DNA from: Myxococcota bacterium
GTDB taxonomy: Bacteria > Myxococcota_A > SURF-8
Assembly (NCBI GenBank): GCA_965140415.1
Contig: OZ223209.1
Coordinates: 5,472,001 to 5,536,000, forward strand
DNA: 64,000 nt
Direction of reading: 5' to 3'
Both the position numbers and the translations under genes were made by a program. Within the stretch, counting starts at the first letter, position 1; each line of letters starts with the position of its first letter. Below the pieces are notes generated by a model. It was given only the letters and a program-made list of their open reading frames with translations. It ran no database searches and had not been told where the DNA came from. Below, one piece after another: positions 57,385 to 64,000 of the stretch.

Positions 57385-57900
57385 TTAGTGCTGGAAGGAA
57401 AGATAGAAACTGCGAAACCAGGGCAGTAGCTGTTCTCGGTCAAAGTAGGCGATGCCTTCGCTGACCTTCTTACCGCTACGCTTCTGGTATATGTTTCCAT
57501 AGAGGGTGGTGAGAGACTTCCAGGGAGCGCGTAGGGAGAGTGTCTTGTGGCCGTCGTACTGATACGTCAGCCGGTCGCCGCCCCGGAAGGTAAATGTATA
57601 GCGTACGCCGCGCTCGCCGCGTAAATTCAATGTCAATTCGCCGCTCAATTTGGCTTGCTTGCTTAGCCCATCGGCCTGAACCGTTCCACTTAGACCCAGC
57701 ACGATCCGCCCCTGACGCAGATCGATCCACTGCCGACCCGGCAGCGCCTCTGCGCGCAAGTGACAGGAAAAAGCTTGTTCCTGCGATGTTTTCTTTCCCT
57801 TGATCAGGCGGTGCGACCCGCTAAGCGTTTCGGTAAACCCATACCCGAACAGCGGGGTTGCCAGTCGTTCTCTGATAGGCTGCAAGGATAGTGCAGACAT
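57385..57900 (-). CDS. Hypothetical protein (beta-rich; FTETLSG...Y.G.K...TTLYG pattern recalls domains associated with cholesterol-oxidase-like GMC proteins)
   Basis: GGGAG RBS, own promoter and terminator; family resemblance from memory only. Confidence 0.65.
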   Translation of the reverse strand: MSALSLQPIRERLATPLFGYGFTETLSGSHRLIKGKKTSQEQAFSCHLRAEALPGRQWIDLRQGRIVLGLSGTVQADGLSKQAKLSGELTLNLRGERGVRYTFTFRGGDRLTYQYDGHKTLSLRAPWKSLTTLYGNIYQKRSGKKVSEGIAYFDREQLLPWFRSFYLSFQH

Positions 57901-57934
57901 AATCGACTCCCGTTTCGTTCGTCATATGCAGCGC

Positions 57935-57963
57935 ATCATAATCCTTTTAACGCGACGTGTCAA
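57935..57963 (-). promoter_or_regulatory. Sigma70 promoter of the 57385-57900 gene
   Basis: TTGACA-N17-TATGAT. Confidence 0.75.
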
Positions 57964-58081
57964 GTCAAAGTCAACTTTTTCTGGAACTATTTATCGGAAA
58001 CGGACTTAGGTTTGGACTCCAGACAATTCGAGGCTATGCAAAAGATGATGAAAACTGGAAAGGGCGTTGATCCGCCACGCT

Positions 58082-58204
58082 GTTGCCCGCGTGAGAGGGA
58101 ATGGGGAAAGGTACATAAGCAAGGCCTATTTTCCGATGGAATGGCCAGAAACCATCGAAATTCCAAACGATCCCTTGGAAAGGAGCCGCTCCCACGCGGG
58201 CAAC
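58082..58204 (-). ncRNA. Putative structured non-coding RNA, family unknown
   Basis: 16-bp closing stem plus internal hairpins; three G-U pairs on the minus strand would be A-C mismatches on the plus strand. Confidence 0.5.
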
Positions 58205-58550
58205 CAAGGCGCGGGAATCTACTAACTACCGCAAAGGTCGCGCCAATTTCCGAACATGCGACACCTGCCTCTTAACAGCCTGATAACAATATGGAAACAT
58301 GTATTCTGGCAGTTGCCTGCGCAAAGCGTCACTATATGGTTTGCTTTCCAACAGGACAATATTGTCATACTTTTAGCGCTTTTTACCAGGGTCTCATGCT
58401 GCACCATGTTGTGACACGCTACAAAATGCCACCTGATGAGCTTCCATGGATCGACAGGTTACGATACGTTGCTTTGAGTATGGGGAAGATTGTGCTTGAA
58501 TTCAAGACAGGCCGAGTTGCGCCCGGAGCCAAGACAGCAGGTTCGTGATT

Positions 58551-58577
58551 GTCGGTCAGAAAATCTGACCGACCTAC
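58551..58577 (-). repeat. GTAG-footed REP hairpin downstream of the ImmA/IrrE gene
   Basis: GTAG-GTCGGTCAGA-TTT-TCTGACCGAC; variant of 37518-37542. Confidence 0.8.
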
Positions 58578-58605
58578 ATCTTACTCCAAATCGAAAAACT
58601 CACTT

Positions 58606-59163
58606 TCAACCATAGGCCTTGCGCATATGGTGAAGCTGCAACATGGCCCGGCTCATACAAGGGCGGCTGACGTTAAAGGCACTGGCCAGTTTCAGCGTCA
58701 GCTTCTCCAGACTTTCCCGGTCCTGATCGCGATAGGAAATCGTGGGTGCATGGCCATCCAATAGCCAGATGGGCACCAGCAGTGAAGATGCGAAGATGTC
58801 GGCCTCCCGTTCCAATAGCACCTGATCGAGGGGGCGTGGCGTCTCCGAAGAATCGCACATTCCAAGATGATGCAGCAGGTAATGACCGTATTCATGACAG
58901 ATCGAGAAGCGTTGGCGCGGAATCGACTCGTGATCGTTGAAGTAGATGATTGCCGTAGCTTCCGATTCCTTCTCGGAAACGGGATCGCTGATCTTCAACG
59001 CACTGGACACACGTCCCAACGCTGCCGAACGAATCTGCAATTCCGGGTGATTTGCTTTCAGAATATCCGTCGATATGGGTGGCTTTGCGATTTCAACCTT
59101 TCGAAGCAAGCGATTGGCCAACTGGGTAATGGCCATTACGCGCTTAAGATTTGCCTGCACCAT
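58606..59163 (-). CDS. ImmA/IrrE family metallo-endopeptidase
   Basis: RQRFSICHEYGH (HExxH), EREADIFASSLLVP, LASAFNVS; ATG 59163 after GGAGAGGAG. Confidence 0.9.
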   Translation of the reverse strand: MVQANLKRVMAITQLANRLLRKVEIAKPPISTDILKANHPELQIRSAALGRVSSALKISDPVSEKESEATAIIYFNDHESIPRQRFSICHEYGHYLLHHLGMCDSSETPRPLDQVLLEREADIFASSLLVPIWLLDGHAPTISYRDQDRESLEKLTLKLASAFNVSRPCMSRAMLQLHHMRKAYG

Positions 59164-59545
59164 GGTACTCCTCTCCAATAATAAGATCGATTGCGGCGCG
59201 TACTTTTTCATCCCGCTCGATGGCTTGAATGACTTTCATTGCGTACTGCATCTGCTCGGAAGTCAGGGAGTGACCTTCCCTGAAATACACCGCAGCTTGC
59301 GGTGGATCGTCGTAAAAAGGACGTGCTTCGCCGGTTGCTTTTTCTTTCTGCCGCTGCCTGATCATCTCGCGCTTGTCCATACGCAGCACATCGCAGATGC
59401 GTAGCAGCTTGTTCTCCGACGGCAGGGAACGCCCTCGTTCCAAATGGGCCACATATCCTTCTGTGCAGTTGATACGCGCAGCCAGTTGCGCCTGGGTGAT
59501 GTTGGCACGCTTGCGCGCCTTACGGATGGCCTGTCCGGTCGTCAT
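59144..59545 (-). CDS. XRE/Cro-C1 family HTH repressor
   Basis: IRKARKRANITQAQLAARINCTEGYVAHLERGRSLPS; overlaps the peptidase start by 20 nt. Confidence 0.92.
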   Translation of the reverse strand: MTTGQAIRKARKRANITQAQLAARINCTEGYVAHLERGRSLPSENKLLRICDVLRMDKREMIRQRQKEKATGEARPFYDDPPQAAVYFREGHSLTSEQMQYAMKVIQAIERDEKVRAAIDLIIGEEYHGAGKS

Positions 59546-59584
59546 GTTTGTTTGTCCCTCCCGTCTACAACTATACTAAATATT

Positions 59585-59613
59585 ATAGTAGCTCACACCG
59601 TAGCCTGCTGCAA
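59585..59613 (-). promoter_or_regulatory. Putative promoter of xre-immA
   Basis: TTGCAG-N17-TACTAT, overlapped by the ACTATA-N8-TATAGT palindrome at 59570-59589. Confidence 0.55.
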
Positions 59614-59893
59614 GGGGATTCCGAATTCTCAACCCATTAATCAAGTAGTTCCAGTATGTTAATCAATTCTTCCACGAAACGAATAGTTTTTTAAGCCACT
59701 AAGACATACTCTGTCTCATACTATACATAATAATAAGTATATGTCAAGCGGGACATGACAAGCACGAAGAGGAAAATTCCATATGATTATCAATGAGTTC
59801 AATTGCAGTAACAAACATGAATCAGGACAAGAACTGTACAAAGATGTCAAGTTTCCAAGGGACAAACCAAACCAAGGCCAACAGGAGGAAAAA

Positions 59894-60373
59894 ATGATGT
59901 GTCTGCAAGAAGAACACAGAACAAGCACACAATCGACTTCATTTGAGGAGGCACAGCAACAGGCAAGCAACGACTTCGACGCCTTCGTCATTGAAATGGA
60001 TGAGCGATTGCAACAAGACCGCACGGTGACACTCGATGCCATCGAATACCTCGGGTGTGGTTCGACACCGATTCCCGAATGGGACTCCTTCGATTGCAGC
60101 GACCGCAAATCCTGCCTGCAAACGCCGCAAGGAATCTGCATCGCCTGCGGCGAGGAGACATGCCTTCCACTACTGTGCCGAACCTGCCTGGAGCACATCG
60201 AGGAAATGACCGAACAGTTGGAGTGCCCCTGGTTCATCTCTCCCGATCTCTGTGCCGCACGGGTAGAAGCACAGCAGGGAGAGATGACGCACACCGGCTG
60301 CGGGGGAGATTTGGCGGTCTGCGAAGCACGCAACTGGTTGTACGTCCGGAATGATCAAGAGGAGCAAAACTGA
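59894..60373 (+). CDS. Cys-rich, acidic hypothetical protein (putative Zn finger)
   Basis: AGGAGG RBS before ATG 59894; CIAC..CRTC plus further Cys; TGATG coupling to the next gene. Confidence 0.7.
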   Translation: MMCLQEEHRTSTQSTSFEEAQQQASNDFDAFVIEMDERLQQDRTVTLDAIEYLGCGSTPIPEWDSFDCSDRKSCLQTPQGICIACGEETCLPLLCRTCLEHIEEMTEQLECPWFISPDLCAARVEAQQGEMTHTGCGGDLAVCEARNWLYVRNDQEEQN

Positions 60374-60723
60374 TGCCGCCGTTTGACTCCGTATTGCAGG
60401 CGGTGAAATGGTATCGCCTGGTAAAGCAACAAGGGCTGCCGTCGCAGCAGCGTGGGTATCGAGTAAGACCGCGCGTATCGGCAACGTTGAAACTAAATCT
60501 GGATGTGCTTTGGGGAGAACCGGCTGCGATCTGGAATCGCCTGGATCACGTCATCCAATCGTTACGGGAAGAGGAGAGAATCCTTTTATTGACGAACCGT
60601 CCCGAGGCAGTGGGGTTGAAAACTCCCAATCAGATGTACAAGCGGCAGCACGCCTTGCGGGCACAATTACAACCGGTTTTCGAACACGCAGGACTGATCG
60701 AGTTGGAAGGACTGGACCGTTAA
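60373..60723 (+). CDS. Hypothetical protein, possibly a sigma-region-4/phage late-activator-like regulator
   Basis: GAGGAG RBS, translational coupling; LDHVIQSLREEERILLL...ALRAQLQPVFEHAGLI pattern. Confidence 0.65.
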   Translation: MPPFDSVLQAVKWYRLVKQQGLPSQQRGYRVRPRVSATLKLNLDVLWGEPAAIWNRLDHVIQSLREEERILLLTNRPEAVGLKTPNQMYKRQHALRAQLQPVFEHAGLIELEGLDR

Positions 60724-60739
60724 CACAGGAGATCGACAC

Positions 60740-61015
60740 ATGAACGCAACTGAACGCGAAAAAATCTGGGGCTGGTACAATATCGCCATGTATTTCGAAG
60801 TGCATGAAAACACGGCAAAACGCTGGGGTCGCGAAGAAGAAGCCTTTCGGCGTTTGATCCGGCGCTGGCGCAGACGGGTTTTCGCCTACGAAGACGAATT
60901 GAAACGCTGGCAGCGCCAAATGGAAAGCGGTTTTGAAGAAAACGCCATGGCAAGCGGAGAATACGCTTCCATTGCTCATCAAAGGCAATACCCGCAACAG
61001 GGAGCGCAGCTGTAA
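60740..61015 (+). CDS. Small excisionase/MerR-like HTH protein
   Basis: AGGAG RBS; IWGWYNIAMYFEVHENTAKRW...VFAYEDELKRW pattern typical of Xis-like winged HTH. Confidence 0.7.
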   Translation: MNATEREKIWGWYNIAMYFEVHENTAKRWGREEEAFRRLIRRWRRRVFAYEDELKRWQRQMESGFEENAMASGEYASIAHQRQYPQQGAQL

Positions 61016-61150
61016 GGCGCCCCGGGAAGTTGGAAACGAAAGCGGCTGGATGCCCTAAGATGTATCGGGATTGTGTCCTGATACAAAATGTTACGAGCGG
61101 GATACAATCCCGCTCGATCTTAGGCAGGGAGCGCAACTGTAAAACGCCCC
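60998..61150. repeat. Composite repeat: 26-bp direct repeats flanking a 64-bp double hairpin
   Basis: CAGGGAGCGCARCTGTAARRCGCCCC at 60998 and 61125; 61059-61122 homologous to 37631-37694. Confidence 0.8.
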
Positions 61151-61161
61151 TGAATTCGTGA

Positions 61162-63840
61162 TTACTGCTTGGGGTCGTCGTTGTAGAAACGATAGCTCAC
61201 CACCACGTCGTCCCCTTCCTCGGGTCGCGCGGTGCCGTAGAACACGATGGTTTCCTGTATGGCGTCGTACATGAAGCCATTGGTCTGGCTGCGACTGATG
61301 ATCTGGCCTTCGACCATAACCTGAATCGTGGAACTGATCGGGTGATGGTTCAATTCGTAGAACGAAGCCGTACCCGCCGCCGCATACAGAATTTCTTCCA
61401 TCGTGGCGGTCAGATCCGGCGCACAGATCGAACCGAAAGAACCGCCGGTGTGATAGGCGATCTCGATGTAGGCCGAGCCCGGCTCACCCGCTCCGGGACC
61501 GCTATCCGCCGTACCGCCGCCGCAACCGTCGGGAGTATCTCCCACGATGGCAAAGCAGGTGGTGCCTTCATCGCCGTAATACGCCTTGTAGTTGGTCAGC
61601 GTATCGGCTTCGCAGGTCGCGTTGGCGCAGTCTTCATATTGCTGGTCTTCTTCATCGGAGAGGAACAGCACGATCACCGAGGCATCCTCGCGCCAGCGCT
61701 CGTTTTCCGGCAGGGTCGGATCTTTGGCGCGTTCGATGGCTTTCATTCCTGCACCCAATCCGTATTCGGTGCTGCCGCAGGGCGGGTCTTGTACGTCGCT
61801 CTGGAAATCGGTCATGTTCCGCGTGAATTTGTGATCGCCCAACAAACCGGAATTGGTTGCCGGATACAGCACGGAACACAACCATGGGGTTATTAGCTGG
61901 ATCTCAGGCGGACAGAAGTCCACACAATCGGTGGAGGTCACCGCCACGCGGAAATCGATGCCTGCCGATCCCATGATCGTCCCAAACAGTTCCGCCGCAT
62001 TGGCAACGGCCTGCTGGTCTTCGCTCATCGAACCAGAATCATCGACCACCCACAAAAAGTCCACCAGTCCCACTTCCGCGCCCTGATGCGGATCGCAGCC
62101 ATTGAAGGTGTCTCGTTGCGACTTCGCCAGCGCACTGCCGTCGGTCAGATCGAGCGCGCGATAGCGGGCCTCTGTATTGTTGCTGTTGTCATAACGATCT
62201 TTGGCGACCACAGTGGCGATTACAATCGTCACCGCCGAGCCGGTTCCGGTGCGGATCAGGGTTTCGCTGACCAACTCGAAGGTTTCCGACGCTTCGGAAG
62301 GTCCAGGCGGCAGGTTGCCGATAGCGGAGGTAGCACGACCGGAGAGCGCCGCCAGCCAGTCGTTGCGCAAAGCCCCGACGGTCTGACTGGTTGTCGTAAT
62401 CGAGTAATGGCTGGTCATGGCCGGAAACTCGTCGTAGCTCGTAAAGGTACGCCCGCGATGGTTCAGGTTGCCATCGGAAGGCAGGTTCGCCATCAGTTGG
62501 TTGTCCGCCGCAACCTGGTTGGTAACATCAGTGGTGCTGCGGTCACGCGCCAGGATGAATCCGGCGATATTGTTACTGGCATCGGAAAAAGCCGCCGCAT
62601 ACAGAATCGTTCCCCCTGCCGGGTTCAGTTCCAAATCGGTATAGGTGAAGGCGGGCAACAGTGCCAGAGTATAGTCGGCGGCTGCATGATCCCACAGGCT
62701 GACGCTGGTCAGCTGTTCTTCCTGACAAATCAAGTTGACGCTTTCCTGATCGTCGGGGATACCATCGCCGTCGGTATCCGGATTGGTCGGGTCGGTTTCG
62801 CCGCGATCCGGTTCGAAAATACCGTTGTGATTGGAATCTTCGACGCCGTCGGGCAGGTTGTCATTGTCGGTATCTTCCAGCAATGGGTCACTGGGACTGT
62901 TGAAGTACTGGCCATACTGGCCATACACTTCATCGCCATCACCCACCTGATCGTTGTCTGTGTCGCGGTTTAGCGGATCGGTCTCGCCGGGATCGCGTTG
63001 GCCGTTGTGGTTGGCGTCTTCCACGCCGTCGCTCAACTTGTCGAAATCGCTGTCCAGGTTCAACGGATCGGTTTCGCCCGGATCCCACTGGCCATTGTGA
63101 TTGGCGTCTTCGGTGCCGTCTTTCAAGCCATCGTTATCGGTGTCTTCGTTGAACAGATCGGTTTCACCCATATCGTGCTGGCCGTTGTGATTGGAATCCT
63201 CGATGTAATCGGGCAGGCCGTCGTTGTCGCTATCCAGCGCCGGTCCCGTATCCTCATCGGCCTGTTCGGCATCACCGTCCGGGACATCGCCATCGATGGG
63301 CTGATCGCCATCAACAGATTGATCGTCGTCCGCCGGTGGCCAATCGTCGCCATCGGGATATTCATTGCCGAAATCGATATCCGCTTCGTTGCGCGAATGA
63401 CAACGACTGTCGCCACCGCAATATTGCCCCGTTCCACAATCCGAATTGGAGGTGCAGAAGTTCTCGATTTCCTGACAGTATCCACCTTCAACGATGCATT
63501 CCGATCCCAAGGGGCAGTCATCGTCGTTCTGACAGAAGTCGTCGACCGGGTTATCGCCATCGACAACAGGTGTTTTCTGCTCGCAGGTGTGATTGGTGAG
63601 GTTGCACTGCTGGTCGATCTGGCAATCGGTATCGACTTTACACTGCACCGTGATGCACTGCCCCAAACTGTTGCAGATCATTTTGTCGCCGCAATCGGTG
63701 TCATTGCTACAGGAATCACCGACCTGCCCGGAATCGCCATCGCCACCGGAACAGGCAAATAGCAACAGAACCGCCATCAGACAAGCGACAAAGTGAAAAT
63801 TCGTATGGAATGAAAATCGACGTTGCGTAGTATGCATCAC
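61162..63840 (-). CDS. CglD-like lipoprotein (Cys-rich repeats, Ca-binding TSP3-like repeats, vWA domain)
   Basis: Lipobox LFAC; 30-aa DTDNDGLxDGxEDANHNG..DPGETDP repeats; MIDAS DFLWVVDDSGSM; architecture of myxobacterial gliding lipoprotein CglD. Confidence 0.75.
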   Translation of the reverse strand: MMHTTQRRFSFHTNFHFVACLMAVLLLFACSGGDGDSGQVGDSCSNDTDCGDKMICNSLGQCITVQCKVDTDCQIDQQCNLTNHTCEQKTPVVDGDNPVDDFCQNDDDCPLGSECIVEGGYCQEIENFCTSNSDCGTGQYCGGDSRCHSRNEADIDFGNEYPDGDDWPPADDDQSVDGDQPIDGDVPDGDAEQADEDTGPALDSDNDGLPDYIEDSNHNGQHDMGETDLFNEDTDNDGLKDGTEDANHNGQWDPGETDPLNLDSDFDKLSDGVEDANHNGQRDPGETDPLNRDTDNDQVGDGDEVYGQYGQYFNSPSDPLLEDTDNDNLPDGVEDSNHNGIFEPDRGETDPTNPDTDGDGIPDDQESVNLICQEEQLTSVSLWDHAAADYTLALLPAFTYTDLELNPAGGTILYAAAFSDASNNIAGFILARDRSTTDVTNQVAADNQLMANLPSDGNLNHRGRTFTSYDEFPAMTSHYSITTTSQTVGALRNDWLAALSGRATSAIGNLPPGPSEASETFELVSETLIRTGTGSAVTIVIATVVAKDRYDNSNNTEARYRALDLTDGSALAKSQRDTFNGCDPHQGAEVGLVDFLWVVDDSGSMSEDQQAVANAAELFGTIMGSAGIDFRVAVTSTDCVDFCPPEIQLITPWLCSVLYPATNSGLLGDHKFTRNMTDFQSDVQDPPCGSTEYGLGAGMKAIERAKDPTLPENERWREDASVIVLFLSDEEDQQYEDCANATCEADTLTNYKAYYGDEGTTCFAIVGDTPDGCGGGTADSGPGAGEPGSAYIEIAYHTGGSFGSICAPDLTATMEEILYAAAGTASFYELNHHPISSTIQVMVEGQIISRSQTNGFMYDAIQETIVFYGTARPEEGDDVVVSYRFYNDDPKQ

Positions 63841-64000
63841 ACACCTCTTTACTTCCGAATCGTTTCAAGATCGGAGATGAAAACGGGTTTCATCTCGATC
63901 ACCACCCGGCTTTCACCGGGACAACAGGCCGGAATAACGAGGCGCGATGCGCTTCGCGATTATTTTCCAGCCATATCCAAACAGCAGCGGAAACCGATGT

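Noticed and set aside
58082-58204. Retron msr-msd (a1/a2 inverted repeat)
   Set aside because: No reverse transcriptase in the window and no identifiable branching-G context
58431-58460. CTGATGA suggesting a hammerhead ribozyme
   Set aside because: No GAAA core after stem II and no stems I/III found
58012-58548. Short ORFs 58012-58275, 58222-58407 and 58291-58548
   Set aside because: No clear RBS, atypical composition, no recognisable motifs; the first overlaps the structured element
59164-59211. Possible XRE-ImmA fusion by frameshift, or longer peptidase N-terminus
   Set aside because: Strong RBS before ATG 59163 and a simple 20-nt overlap explain two separate genes; no slippery site seen
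60998-61150. Possible mini CRISPR array
   Set aside because: Only two imperfect repeats; the 101-bp interval is itself a dispersed repeat; no cas genes in the window
62750-63240. 90-bp tandem DNA repeats
   Set aside because: Coding repeats for the Ca-binding units of the CglD-like protein; explained by the CDS

Overview
Housekeeping-dense window from a deltaproteobacterial-grade bacterium, probably Myxococcota-like (inferred from a MYXO-CTERM-type sorting signal, a CglD-like protein and an hsp20-lon pair). 1-28.3 kb (all minus strand) is the core translation/transcription supercluster: tRNA Thr-Tyr-Gly-Thr, tuf, rpmG, tRNA-Trp, secE, nusG, rplKAJL, rpoBC, rpsLG, fusA, tuf, the S10 and spc operons, and the start of secY. 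Several of these proteins are unusual: uL15 has a tandem-duplicated globular domain, uL18 and uL3 carry insertions, and the str-operon EF-G has lost its domain IV translocation motifs. 28.8-57 kb holds groES/EL, a GH92 lipoprotein, a condensation-domain protein, a protease/LPP20/LpoB/COG3014-like/rodA envelope cluster, add, uvrB, larB, lon, hsp20, an OPT transporter, rpmB, an FAD oxidoreductase-like gene, a DUF11/MYXO-CTERM surface protein and a SPOR protein. The best candidate for an undescribed system is 58-61 kb: an integrase-less, phage-style switch (XRE repressor plus ImmA/IrrE protease, divergent from Zn-finger, sigma-region-4-like and HTH genes) next to a strongly structured ~125-nt putative ncRNA. 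Intergenic regions carry several REP/BIME-like hairpin families with compensatory stem changes. All calls were made by eye from motifs and synteny; no searches were run.
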